From Octopus sinensis (Eukaryota), in contig NC_043017.1 of the NCBI RefSeq assembly GCF_006345805.1, positions 26,660,001-26,724,000 on the forward strand: 64,000 bases of DNA. Direction: 5' to 3'. Within the stretch, counting starts at the first letter, position 1. Each line of letters opens with the position of its first letter. Both the position numbers and the translations under genes were made by a program. The notes under the pieces were generated by a model. That model was not told the origin of the DNA, made no database searches, and saw nothing but the letters and a program-made list of their open reading frames with translations. This document shows, piece after piece, positions 1 to 12,915 of this stretch.

Positions 1-463
1 ATTTTCGTATTGGGGCTTCCGGTTCCAATGCCAAGCAGTACGGCATGTCGTTTCCAAAATCTCTGGCAGAGGGAATTGCGGCTTGCGGCTTGGTACTTTT
101 TTCTCGCACACGTAACCAATTCGACCCAACTATACGCTGTATTCGACGCAAACAAAGCAGCTAATGCGCATGCGAAAATTTTACAATATGAAATGGCGAC
201 AATTTACCCACGACACACTGTATATGTGTGTGTGTATACGTTTATGTGTGTTTGTGTGTGCATACATACATACATACACATATTCACACACATAGCATGG
301 TGTGCGTAAACGTGTGTGAACGTGTGAAACATCGTAGAGATGTTTCATGCACAAGGAAACGGTCACCCAGGCAATGCCGTCCACAGACGAATTTCAACTA
401 TCATTAACCTATAATTTGAATGCCGACTTCATATACAAATATGCACTGATACATATGCACAAA

Positions 464-496
<33 letters not shown>

Positions 497-548
497 GCAC
501 TCATAATGTATGCAGTCAAAAATCCAAATGACAAACTGTTTTTGTTGT

Positions 549-645
549 CTGAGTTCAAACTCCACCGAGGTCGACTTTGCTTTTTGATCTTTCTGGGTCG
601 ATGAGATAAAAGAAAGTACCAGCTGAAAACTGGGAGCAACGTAAG
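549..645 (+). mobile_element. SINE family B fragment (tRNA-derived, MetaSINE-like central domain)
   Basis: gagttcaaactccaccgaggtcgactttgc...gggtcgat...aagtaccag matches the fuller copies at 22642-22872 and 37411-37640. Confidence 0.75.
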
Positions 646-847
646 TGACGTATCCTCTCGTACGCATCTCCTGTTATTCTACATAATTCTTAAATCGATA
701 TAACATATAAATATTCTTCTAATTGCAAGGATATATCATTGCCAGTGATTTTCTTGCTATCACCAATGTCAGTAAATTGCAAGTAGTTATATGTGGTAAA
801 TATTCAGGTCATTTCATATAAATATTCTATTTAAGGTCAGTAGATGT

Positions 848-911
848 AGAATTATAGTGACATATCAGCAGAATTATAGTGACATATCAGCAGAATTATA
901 GTGACATATCA
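848..911. repeat. 22-bp tandem repeat, about 2.9 copies
   Basis: Unit agaattatagtgacatatcagc starts at 848, 870 and 892. Confidence 0.95.
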
Positions 912-1193
912 TGCTGTAGAACCTTGATATCATAGTACATCTGTCCGTATTATAGAAATTATTGAATGCCATCAAACGACTAACAGACATAAATTCACAC
1001 ATATTTTCATAAAGATGGAAGAAATCTGAATAATAATAATCAAATGGATATTTGAATGTCAGTCGGCTTGTATTAGTGTGTATGGGGACGATATACATCG
1101 TGTATATTGAATGTAACGTCATTCACGATAACTTGTTTATGCCTACAATAAGACAAAAAAACCCGACAGTATGACAATTTTCGCGTCATGATG

Positions 1194-1400
1194 GTAGGCC
1201 CGGTATCTGGGATGCCAGATAATGTGACAACTCCTCCGGCAGCAACTTAATGCGGTCTGCTACTATCCCAGGCTCTGCTTCTCGTCAGGCTGCGAAAGCA
1301 GTCTAAGTATCGGTCTCTCTTCGACAGATCTATGTTCGAGCATTTCGCAGTGGAGACTTCTGGTAATCTTGGCCTCCGGACCATATCCACATCCCTGCTC
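1194..1400 (+). mobile_element. Degraded restriction-like endonuclease domain of a CRE-type non-LTR retrotransposon
   Basis: Frame 2 from 1205 reads IWDAR*CDNSSGSNLMRSATIPGSASRQAAKAV. After a frameshift near 1303, frame 3 reads KYRSLFDRSMFEHFAVETSGNLG. This follows the WDxTC...A...K..KY..L....F.P.AVET.G pattern of RLE-bearing elements. Confidence 0.65.
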
Positions 1401-2153
1401 ACTGCATTCAAGGCAAAGAGGGCTGTCCGCAACTGGGGGTCAAATGAGTCAGTGACTGTTTCAACGCATCTCCCTCGCATTTTCCATTTTGTCAGCTGGG
1501 TCCTGCGACGTAACTTATAAGAACGCTTAACAACATCCCACTAAAGTCATATAGAAAAGCAAGCAAGAAGAAAATATTTTTTCGATGTAAATACTTTAAA
1601 ACATTCCACATCATTTCTTTATATTTGTGCTTTAGAGTCGTATTTCACAATGAATACATTATCGGGTGGTTGATAGGTAGATGCATTAGAGCTTCGAACG
1701 AAATACTTGCGATTACCACTACACTTAAATTTGCCTATTATTTTAGAGGTTAAGTTAATCACTAATCAAAAAATAGCACAGGGATCGTGGATTAATTTCC
1801 TTTCTGAAAAGTTCTGGTTTTATAATTGAATTTGAAACAAAAATTAATTTCTAACCTGAGAATTTGACGCGGTCATTTAACGGAACACAGATCGGTGTAA
1901 ATGCCACAGATCGGTTGGAAAGTTACGTTCGTTGACGTCTTGACTTCTAATTCCACACGGCCCCAAGTTACATCCTAACATTTTACATGAAATATTGCTG
2001 AACGTAAAATTGCTTTATCCCCGCTGAAAATGCGACATCGTAACCAACGTTAGTACCTCTATATAACATCCCAAGTCAATATATTTACAATTTGATACTT
2101 AAGTTATCAGAATTTTGAATGATGTTATCCATATAAATCCATGGGGTGATTAT

Positions 2154-2527
2154 TATCAAAATATGCAACAAGAATAACTTTGGTAATTTGGTACGATCGT
2201 TTCGCATTACATCAATTTATTAAATGTTGTAAGCATTACAGCAGTTTTAAAATACTGAGCACTCATCAACCATTAATAGAGGTTTTCCATTAATACATAA
2301 TTTTCATATGTTGTAAGCATTACGACAGTTTTAAAATGCTGGACACTCATCAGCCATTAATAGGAGTTTTCCATGAAAACTATGTATAAATGGAAAACCT
2401 GTATTAATGGCCGATGAGTGTTTAGTATTTTAAAACTGTTGTAATGCTTACAAAATTTAATAAATTGATGATTGTAGTGCCAAACGATCGTACCAAATTA
2501 CCAAGGGTATCCGTGTTGCTTATTTTG

Positions 2528-2530
<3 letters not shown>
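2154..2530. mobile_element. Fold-back/MITE-like element with about 140-bp inverted arms and an internal duplicate of the inner half-arm
   Basis: 2154-2291 is the reverse complement of 2389-2530 (tatcaaaata...ggtaatttggtacgatcgttt...ggttttccatt). 2308-2374 repeats the inner part of the left arm directly. Confidence 0.8.
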
Positions 2531-2572
<42 letters not shown>

Positions 2573-2595
2573 TAGATAGAGAGAGAAGAGGAGAG

Positions 2596-2626
<31 letters not shown>

Positions 2627-2631
2627 GAGAG

Positions 2632-2695
<64 letters not shown>

Positions 2696-2725
2696 TGATA
2701 CGTATAGATATAGATATAGATATAC
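2529..2725. repeat. Compound microsatellite (TA)n-(GA)n-(GATA)n
   Basis: Read directly from the sequence. Confidence 0.97.
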
Positions 2726-3501
2726 TCACTCAGATTCATATATATGTATGGATATAAAAGAGCGGTTATAAATACTTCTTTTCTATACAATGTTGAATAT
2801 TTAAGATTAAAAATAGTGACAGACAAATACATTCTATAGGATCGACTTCAAGAATGATTGTTATGACGCTTTCTATTCAAATATTAAAACGATCAACATA
2901 TAAACTATATTGTTTCAACCATTGAAACCAATATTTACTTGAGAAATACCTAGACAATTTCTAGAAAACCTATTTACAATTTTAATGTGAATTTTATCTT
3001 ACCATAGTTATTTCAATAGTATCGTTTGTCTGCTTCACAGGTGGTTGTCTGGCGGACCAGGATGCTTCTAGAAAGAGACTACCAAAATTAAATCGAAAAA
3101 TGTCAGAGCCGTATATTAATAGTTCTGTTTGAATACATGATAATTTTCCAAAAATATTGCATGTCATATTCATTTTCGAAACGTTAACGGAAAAATATAT
3201 TAAAAACTTTCAATAAAATTTGTCTTTAGATGCTATTTGTATAACATATTAAATTATATTAAATACTCTTTCAAACTTCAGGTTTATATTTTGTATCTTA
3301 TTCTCTGTTTTGACTTTTTAAACTTCAGTCAAAAAATTTCAGGCAATAAATTTCGTATTTTAGTAATGACTTTATTCAGCCTTAAGAACTTAGATAAATT
3401 GAACCGCAATAATAGTTTTTAGTAAATTTCATTATATTGGGTATGTGTGGTTCACAAAATCTGTAAGAAACATCGTTTTATAAAATTTCCTTAGTAAATT
3501 A

Positions 3502-3744
3502 TATTAGGTTCGTGCATAATTAATTATTGCGGCTTTTTTTTCAATAAATTTCATTAAACAAAAACAATTAGAACATTTAACAAAAACATATTTGAATTAG
3601 TATTCCGGCTGGCTACCAACAAATGGGAAGTAGTAATTAAAGTAGATGGTGAATATGTTCCGGAATAATCATTTAACGATGTTTTTGTTTTTGTTGAATA
3701 AAATCCATTGGAAAAAGCCGCAATAATTATGCCCGCAACTAATA
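3502..3744. mobile_element. Mariner-type MITE
   Basis: TIR tattaggttcgtgcataat...tattgcggc at the left and gccgcaataattatgcccgcaactaata at the right, with TA at both ends. It resembles the TTAGGTTGGTGCAAAAGTAATTGCGG mariner TIR. Confidence 0.8.
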
Positions 3745-4095
3745 ATAAGAGTTGAAATTGAAAGTATTATACAATGGAAACTATTAGGTATTAAGCACAC
3801 AAAAATAAATTACTCGATTTATTTTTAAAATTTATTAATTGCTAAAAGGTTCCTTCGCAATTTTAATAGTAACTTAATTTCTTTTATATAGATTCATTAA
3901 TGAAAGGAAGAGTGCTTCAGATAATCAAATCAAACATCGTCCAATACATGTATCCATATGTAATTATCGCAAATGTTCATCGAAATATTTAGTGCTGAAA
4001 GATATAACTGAGGTGTATGTGACGGAAATATTTTATAATGATCTGCATGGGAAGAAGTAGTAAGTAATTTGTCAAGCAAATTGTATATGTCTGTA

Positions 4096-4838
<743 letters not shown>

Positions 4839-4858
4839 GTGTATATATATATAATATA

Positions 4859-4901
<43 letters not shown>

Positions 4902-5239
4902 AAGCACGCATACACGAACATGCAAACACACATTTATAACCAACACTCTGTACTTATCACGACCAGTGCTTCCATTAATGCGATCAAAGCAACAGACTTC
5001 TCATGTAATTAATTTTCAAGTACCTGAGCACTCAACAAACAAGCCTGCCTTTACCATAGTCCCAGAGACATTTAGTGTGTCATAGAATATGACAACTTTG
5101 GCCCATTTCAGTTACACATACGTATCATTCTTGCCATCAACTTATAAACGCCCCGCCGAGTATCGAAGTCACGACCATAAAATCGTGAGCCGTATTTATT
5201 TAGATCTAGTTGGGGGCCCAAACCTCCGACTTCTTTTAG

Positions 5240-5360
5240 AAAGCGTAGAAAAATTGAAGGCTGGCTGCAATAACTGTGTGAATCTAAAACGGGAACATAC
5301 TGAACAAAATCATAATTAACTCACCCCTTTGTTGTTACTTAACAGGAAAAATATTCCCCA
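5240..5360 (+). mobile_element. Mariner transposase 3' end remnant
   Basis: Translates ESVEKLKAGCNNCVNLKREHTE, similar to the mariner C-terminus GI.KL..RW.KC..L.GEY.E. Homologous to 57105-57250 on the minus strand. Confidence 0.6.
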
Positions 5361-5773
5361 AAGATGTGTGAATCCCTAAAACTCGAGATGTACCTAACCG
5401 AATTAATTTTACACATATATTATTTAGGGTATATAGAGTGCCATGGTCAAATGGAATTTTCAACTTATTGCCTAATGTGAGCCCAGAGCAATCTTTTAGA
5501 CCGGTTCAATATTCTTTTCTACTCTAGGCAGAAGCCTCGAAGTTTGGTTCAGTATAATGTGTCAAAAGATAATATTGTTTCGCTTTTATTCTTTCACTTT
5601 GAATTTTATTCTGATAACCGTTCGTACCTGTGATTTTATTTGGTTAATTTGCTTATATTTGATTGATTTACATTGCACACAAAAGTAAAGACATACAGAT
5701 GCTTACAAAAATAGAGATTAATGTATAATTTTTGTCTATGTTCATAATATTTTATTTACAATATTGAAACAAT

Positions 5774-5995
5774 ATGCCACCAAAGAAAGGGCGTAATCTC
5801 TCGAAAATCAATTATAAAGCAACGACGATTGTAGAAAACCGAAGGCAAGAGTCTCAACAGAGAATGGAGATGAGAGTTTCTAGAGAATATAAATGGGTTG
5901 CTGCACCACCTCAAATGCGGTCTCAAGACAGAAGCGAAATGAGAATTTCTGAAGATCAGCAAAGGCACGTTGCAGCACGTCAGATGGAGTCTTAA
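5774..5995 (+). mobile_element. Helitron-like N-terminal ORF stub
   Basis: MPPKKGRNLSK followed by R/E/Q-rich repeats (RRQESQQR...SEMRISEDQQRHVAARQMES), the composition typical of Helitron ORF N-termini. No Rep or helicase motifs follow. Confidence 0.4.
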
Positions 5996-6368
5996 TATAG
6001 ACGGGAGTAGCACTCCTTGATTTGTTGAATCTTTTACATGAATATAAATATGTTTTACTTGAATGTTCACTTTGCTATTGCTACATTGTGAAAAATAAAC
6101 TATGAAATTAGTGAAAAATCCAAATCTCAACTTTGTACTGACAGTATGTGCTAATACATCCTTTCTACAGAAGAAACAACTTTGAATGATATATTTTATG
6201 TTTAGACAGTACACACTTCAATTATGATCTAAGCAATATAATAATCGCACTTCATTTATCGGATAAAGCAAAAATGAAACAATTTCGCTGCGAATTCCCA
6301 CAATATCTTGAACAGAATATAATGTAGTAAATATGCATGTCGATATAAGATGAGTTGAATATACAAAG

Positions 6369-6531
6369 ATATGGTCTGACGACTAAGAAAAGATTGTTCT
6401 CAAGAAAATTCAGCAAACGCCAGAACATAAGCGACCAAGAGGGATGATCTTTATATTTGTCTTGCTCGCTTACGTTCTGGCGTTTGCTGAATTTTCTCGA
6501 AAACAATCTTTTCTTAGCGGTCAGAACATAT
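6369..6531. repeat. Hairpin with 72-bp arms and a 19-nt loop
   Basis: atatggtctgacgactaagaaaagattg...gcgaccaaga (6369-6440) pairs with tcttgctcgc...cttagcggtcagaacatat (6460-6531). Confidence 0.9.
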
Positions 6532-6704
6532 GGGGTCTACCTGTAGCATAATGGATGTCAACTTAGTCGTCGCCCCCCTTATACGTATGTAAAGTATATA
6601 TATATATATATAAAATATTATTTGAGACAAAACCACTATTTTGCAAAACAAACAAGGAAAGACTTAATCAATACATAAAATTTAATAAATAGTCAAAAAA
6701 ACCG

Positions 6705-6747
6705 CCACTACAATCGTTTCTTGTCTTGATCGACAATCTTCAGGTGG
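6705..6747 (-). ncRNA. Type I hammerhead ribozyme motif
   Basis: Minus strand reads ccac CUGAAGA uuguc-gaucaa-gacaa GAAA cgauug UA gugg. Stem I is ccac/gugg, stem II is 5 bp, stem III is minimal. Confidence 0.8.
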
Positions 6748-7722
6748 ACTTCCAATCTAAAAAATCAAAATTTAAAATATAAAATAATACTTTTAAATAA
6801 TTAAAGTATAATGAAAAAATATAAGTATATAATCCATATATAACATATATAATCCATATCGAAAATATAGACTAATTACCACGAATTCCCTAAAAAAACC
6901 ATGATAAAACAAAACTCTTAAAAACATATAACGATAAAATCTCCCTTTGCTAAACTCTATAACAAACCTATAAAGTAAACCCCTAACCTAAACATTCACA
7001 CACAAATACACACACGTAAACCACAGATCACGACTTATACACATACCTATACTAACTTATAAACCTCAATATTACACCAAAACCCACCCTCCCCACACAG
7101 ACAAATTAACACATTACATCCCAAAACCTAAATAACAAACCCATATACACATTCACACACAAAACAAAACATCACACGCAAAAACACTCACAAACAAAAG
7201 ATACATATACCCCTCACATATACGCCTATACATACTCACTAAATTCGACATATACAACAATACTTACACACCCACAAAAAACATATATACAATTTATGAG
7301 CTTTAACTCACCTTAGCATCTCTAACAAACAACTTGCAGTAACCCAATCCCATTCTCTATGCCTACCTCACTACTACACTATTCCATTCACATTCCAATC
7401 AACGCTAGTCCACCACCCGGTTATTCACGTGGCAAAACGAACACACCTCAAAAATTATGAATGAAACAATGTAAAAAAATAACCAACACCTAAAATAGAC
7501 AAAAATACCACGAATACCTAAAAAAACCATGAAACCAAAACTCATAAAAGAATAACGATAAAATCTCCCTTTGCTAAACCCTATAACAAACTTATATAGC
7601 AATCCCCCTAACCTAACATTCACACACTATATTATATTTATACTTATATTTTTTCATTTATACTTTAATTATTTAAAAGTATTATTTTTATATTTTAAAA
7701 TTTTGATTTTTAGATTGGAAGT

Positions 7723-7765
7723 CCACCTGAAGATTGTCGATCAAGACAAGAAACGATTGTAGTGG
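7723..7765 (+). ncRNA. Type I hammerhead ribozyme motif
   Basis: ccac(7723-26) CTGAAGA(7727-33) ttgtc gatcaa gacaa GAAA(7750-53) cgattg TA(7760-61) gtgg. Confidence 0.8.
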
Positions 7766-7944
7766 CGGTTTTTTTTTTGACTATTTATTAAATTTTATGA
7801 TTGATTAAGTCTTTCCTTGTTTGTTTTGCAAAATAGTGGTTTTGTCTCAAATAATATTTTTAATATTTTACTATAAAATTGGATTAATCCTAAATCTGAT
7901 TTTTTTCCCTGTAAATTTGGATATATTCCCTAATATTTATTATT

Positions 7945-7991
7945 AATATATATATATATATATTATATATATATATATATATATACATATA

Positions 7992-8041
<50 letters not shown>

Positions 8042-8210
8042 ATATATGTATATACATTATATATATATATACATATATATGTAAGTATGTATATATACAT
8101 GCATAATATGAATACATATAAGTGTATGATCTATCTATCTACCTATCTATCTATCTATCTTATTATATATATATATAATACACACACACACACACACCAC
8201 ACACACATAT

Positions 8211-8263
<53 letters not shown>

Positions 8264-8270
8264 ATATATG
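7945..8270. repeat. Compound (TA)n/(TATC)n/(CA)n microsatellite array
   Basis: Read directly from the sequence. Confidence 0.95.
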
Positions 8271-8648
8271 GAGGGGTGTCTGTGTTGTGAGTTACTTGTT
8301 TATTGTTGAAGGCAACATTAGAAATAGAATTTTCATTTTTTCAGTCATTTGTTTATGCCATTGTTTCTTACATTATTGAATTTCATTTCACCTTGTATTG
8401 TGTTTTTGGTATTTTCAGGTAATATATTTGTTTATTCGTTTGTCAGGAACCAATAACTGACACATGTTTTTCTTATGTTAAAATTGATATTTTTTTTTAC
8501 TATATTGTATCTTTTTTACCCACATCACGATAGCACAATATATTCATATAGTACGGTGTGTGAAATATCTGCCAATTTTTTTATTATGACACACAGACCC
8601 GTCACCACACAGATATACACATATACATACATATATACACACATACAT

Positions 8649-8703
<55 letters not shown>

Positions 8704-8854
8704 GGCGCAGGAGTGGGTGTGTGGTAAGTAACTTGCTTACCAACTATATAGTTCCGGATTCAGTCTCACTGCATGGCACCGTGGGCCAGTGTCTTCTAGT
8801 GTAGCCTCAGACCGATCAAAGCCTTGTGAGTGAATTTGGTAGACGGAAACCGAA
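8704..8854 (+). mobile_element. SINE family A, 5' half
   Basis: ggcgcaggagtgggtgtgtggtaagtaacttgc...ggtagacggaaac. Confidence 0.9.
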
Positions 8855-8855
8855 T

Positions 8856-8901
<46 letters not shown>

Positions 8902-9065
8902 CTGTCAATTAATGATACCTCTATAACATCCTACACTGCTTAGATATCACGATATACTCTACTTTCAATGACCCCTTCAAACACCATGATGCATATGTCA
9001 GGAATAGATTGCTAACTGCCAAGTAGCGTATAATGTTGAGCACATATTTTACTTTTACCGCTCGT

Positions 9066-9670
9066 ATACGAAGGGGTGCCGAAAAATTTTGCGTTCCCCT
9101 TTAGCCACAACACTATTTTTGCAAAGCAGGATATTTTTCTGAAATTCCGTTGAATTGTCTTAATAATATCAGCTGTTTGTTCATGCTATCACCTCTCTGT
9201 CCATAATATTTCATAAAGAACTGCACCCCTCCTCTGATACATCTACTTTCTAAGCGAGATTTTATGATCCAACCACGAATCATACATAAATAAAAAGATT
9301 TGTGACATGAAATTCCATGCAATATTCCGTTAAGTATTGTATGAACTGTTTCCTAGCATTTTTATTTCTAGCTCCTTAAACAAGTTTTTCATAAAACCAA
9401 TTATCTACTTATGAGCCATTTTATTCCAGGGTTCACCTCTTTCAAATTTAACTCGCAATAAATATCCTCATACATTCCCGAATAAAATATACTTACATTA
9501 ATTCTCGGAGCCATCTTCTCCTTATTTATTATCGAATCTTAACTTCATGTTTAGAGGACTGTAGCTTTCCTTGTGTCATTAAAATATAATTTGATTTAAT
9601 TGGTTATGCATCATACATTCACGGTTGTTTATGCAATTCGTTCTTCAGGCAGGCCGCCATCTTAATACTT
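9066..9670 (-). mobile_element. Highly degraded mariner element with right TIR at about 9066-9092
   Basis: TIR-like tacgaaggggtgccgaaaaatttt. The minus strand just inside reads FNGISEK...VVAKGE, similar to the mariner C-terminus. The extent to 9670 is tentative. Confidence 0.45.
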
Positions 9671-10019
9671 ATGTTCTACCCATTAACGTACGTTTTATAC
9701 GATTGGAAACTTTATGTTCGTTTCTGTTTAGTATTCTAGCTACTTCCCTTTTACCGTATAACAAAATACCGTTATATTTATATTGTTATGTGTTTTCTTA
9801 CCTTGCATTAAATTACCCTATTTACGTATTGTATATGGAGCATGGCCATTTCCTATTCTCGTGGCCAATTTTCGCCATTATTCACGGTTTGTTGTATATA
9901 TTTAAAGAAATTTTAACCCAGTATTTGAAGGATAATATTTGTAAGGTATATTTGCTTCGTGTTCAATTTTCAAATCGAATTATTTCACGTTTTCTCCAAG
10001 AAGATGTACGCATTCTACA

Positions 10020-10428
10020 CTTCCGCACGAATTTTCGGCGACAAGACCATTTCTGGGTGAGGCTGGCTACTCAGCTCGTCAGCTCGTTCCAGTTCTTACC
10101 CACCTGGAGATCTGGTCCGAACTAAAACCCAAGCAACTTTACCTGTTCAACCGTCCAACACCCACCGACGCTGTTTGACGGCATGCATTTGCCTCTCTAA
10201 GTGCCGGGTTGCAAGCCCACCGACTTTACCGCGTTAAGTTTTGCACCCGTCAACATTTCATATTGCTCGAATGATGTCCCAACCACCTCGAGTTCTGACG
10301 TGTCCGATACAATTAAGGTAATGTCGTCCGCATAAGCCAACACAGCCGTTCCGTGTCCAAGTTTGAGAATCATGACTTGCAGCAGCTTCCGCTTCCGGAA
10401 TAAGAGCGCGAGAGTCAATAGTTTCTTC
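10020..10428 (-). mobile_element. Tx1/L1-clade LINE reverse transcriptase fragment
   Basis: AYADDITLIVSDTSELEVVGTSFEQYEMLTGAKLNAVKSVGL (YADD at 10334-10323), continuing through stops as VKLLGF*FGPDL...NW. Confidence 0.85.
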
Positions 10429-10587
10429 AAGCACTCCGTCGGTTACGACGATGAGGGTTCCGGTTGATCCGAATCAATGGAACAGCCTGCTCGTGAAATT
10501 AACGTATAAGTGGCTGAGCACTCCACAGACACGTGCACCCTTAACGTAGTTCTCGGCGATATTCAGCGTGACACAGAGAGTGACAAG
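10429..10587 (-). mobile_element. SINE family C, 3' half
   Basis: Reverse complement of 32532-32692. Confidence 0.9.
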
Positions 10588-10886
10588 TGATTGTAGGAGC
10601 ACTCGGAATGACCAACAAATTATTTAAGAAGGATCCCTGTCATAACATCCATGCAGGAAGTGCAAATGAGTTTCTTTCTTTCCCTTTCCCTCTCCATTTT
10701 TTGTTTATTTGTTTATATTTTATTCTTTCCCATTTTCTCTCTGTCTTTCCATCCTGTTTCGCTATCACATGAATTTGTAAACAAACAAGCTGGTGCGTTT
10801 ATATTAATGGCCTACCAATGGATATAGTGCGTGTCTCTGCCTTAGGTGGCAGGAAGTCACTCGGCAAGAAATAGAAACGGACTTAA

Positions 10887-11109
10887 CCCTTTCATTACCA
10901 ACCCGGCCGAAACCGCCTCTGGCTCTGTAGTACACATGTCTTGGTCTTCTTAAGTTTTGAATTAAAATTTTCCACCAAACCTTAGTCACAATTTATGTTA
11001 CTAACACTAGCTTAATGGTGACTAAGTTATTTTTTCTAAATTCTTTGTTATATTTAAAATGATTGAAAGAAACACAGAGCATCTCAAAATAAATATGGTA
11101 ATGAAAGGG
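10887..11109 (+). mobile_element. piggyBac-type MITE, about 225 bp
   Basis: TTAA-CCCTTTCATTAC...GTAATGAAAGGG-TTAG. A second copy lies in opposite orientation at 53249-53468. Confidence 0.8.
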
Positions 11110-12210
11110 TTAGTAGTGAAAATAATATCAATAACAATACAATAACAACTCCAGACTTCCGATTTTAACTGATTGGAAGCGTTATCATGTATATGGTTTG
11201 CCGTTGTGTAAAAGATGTGCTACACCAAATATTCTGCTCAATACCTCAAATTTGTTTGTTATTTGCGTGACCAAAACCATTTCAGCATGACTCATAGTGG
11301 CTGATGATATCTGCATCTCTGATCAGGAGCAAGAATTGTGGGAGAGCATCATAGCCATGTGTGAGTGGGATACTTTGAGGGTTTCAATAAACCACCCCGT
11401 AAACAATGGTGTTTCGTTCGACATTGTTAAACAACGTTTATTTTGTCACCTTTTGAAGGGGATGGTCTACCTGACCTGAAGAAGATTTTAACTGTGCCCC
11501 ATCATTGATAATAAAAGTGATGAAAATAAAGAATGTTGTAATAATATTAAATTACAATACTATTGAAAAATTTGTCGCCTGACTCTATGTTTACATTGGA
11601 TTAATTTAATTTTAAATTTGCTAACAAAATTGTCAGTAGCTAGAAAATGCCATGCAATTAACGCAAATTATCCGTTAATTGGCTTAATTACAGAAAGAAT
11701 TAACTGAGTTTTAGCACATTTAATGCAGTGATTTCATTAAAAAAGGTATAATTAGTTATACTTACTCGTTGTAAATAATTAATCTCGGTGATTTTCTTTC
11801 TTTAATTAGTACATTCTTAAAGAAATAAGTTTCTAAAATGGAAGATGTAATGCTTCTTGGCTTACATGTACTGTTGCAAGTGGCAGCATAAGAAGTGATT
11901 TTCTTTATTAAGAATATTTGTTTCTCTTATATTATTTAAAAGATTAGTAGACGGTAGATTATTTGAAAATGGAGAAATGGTTATATAAGCAGCTTTATTT
12001 CCATGATTATATTTATGTTATTTTATATGTATTTTACTCGCTGGTTTAGGTTCATCTATATTTGAGTATTTCTGCTAACATCATGTTAAAACCAAATAGA
12101 TCTCTTCGAAATTACGAGATTTTCGAAGCAATGCTGAAGCTCTTGTGAAGTGATACCCCTGAACACCTCCTTTGTTGTGTACTTTTCTTCCGCATCTGCA
12201 AATTCCGTAA

Positions 12211-12373
12211 CATCGGCTTTTAGTGTCCGTCTACCAAATCCACTCAAAAGATTTTAGTTGGCCCGAGGCTATAGCAGAAAAAAAACCCCGTTTAAGTTGA
12301 CATGCAGTGGGAGTGAACCCGGAAACACGTGGTTGAGAAGCAAGCTTGTTACCACACCGCCATGCCTATGCCT
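12211..12373 (-). mobile_element. SINE family A, 5' half, diverged
   Basis: ccgtctaccaaatccactc...gcagtgggagtgaacccggaa...gcaagcttgttaccacac. Confidence 0.8.
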
Positions 12374-12494
12374 ATAACAATTGAGAGAGACGGATAAAGG
12401 AATATACAAATTTCATTGATCACAACGATGTTTTCCACGAATCCTGCGTCCATTTCTCGTAGGTGGGATAATATGTATGTAAGTATGGGTATGT

Positions 12495-12690
12495 ATGTGT
12501 GTGTAAATCAATCATAAAATAACAAATAAAATAAAAAACACAATAGTCAAAAAGACGAACAGTGAATGTATTTGGTTAATGTTCATTTTGTGACGAAAAA
12601 AAAATAGTGTGTAAGACATTTCGAGCAAAACTCTTCGTGAGAAAGATGGCGACGGAAATGTCTTGAAAGAAGAGAAAGAAAATCCGAAGA
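12495..12690 (-). repeat. pLTR-like repeat with a mutated hammerhead-like motif (left arm of an inverted pair)
   Basis: Reverse complement of 14725-14920. The minus strand has CTCACGA-A-GAG-ttttg-CTC-GAAA-TG-TC at 12641-12615. Confidence 0.75.
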
Positions 12691-12734
12691 CGCTCGCGTT
12701 TGTTACACATACACCACACACAAACATTCAGGCA

Positions 12735-12788
12735 TATCTATATGTCTATCTATCTGTCTATCTATCTATCTATCTCTGTATCTATCTC

Positions 12789-12869
<81 letters not shown>

Positions 12870-12915
12870 ATATATATATAATATATATATATATTTATAT
12901 TATATATATCTTAAT
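12735..12915. repeat. (TATC)n followed by (TA)n
   Basis: Read directly from the sequence. Confidence 0.95.

Larger units (their letters stand above)
6612..7860 (+). mobile_element. Penelope-like fold-back unit 1: about 220-bp inverted pLTR-like arms with an internal direct repeat
   Basis: 6612-6828 is the reverse complement of 7640-7860, and each arm carries a hammerhead motif. A direct repeat of about 125 bp lies at 6880-7003 and 7509-7627. The degenerate frame ending NLPLLNPITNL directly precedes the right arm. Confidence 0.7.

Noticed and set aside
3042-3071. WLSGGPGC, resembling the serine carboxypeptidase WLNGGPGCSS motif
   Set aside because: Followed immediately by F and a stop, and neither flank continues the family pattern in any frame. 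Probably chance.
11297-11479. VADDICISD as a possible RT motif
   Set aside because: Isolated, with no other RT motifs in any frame nearby.
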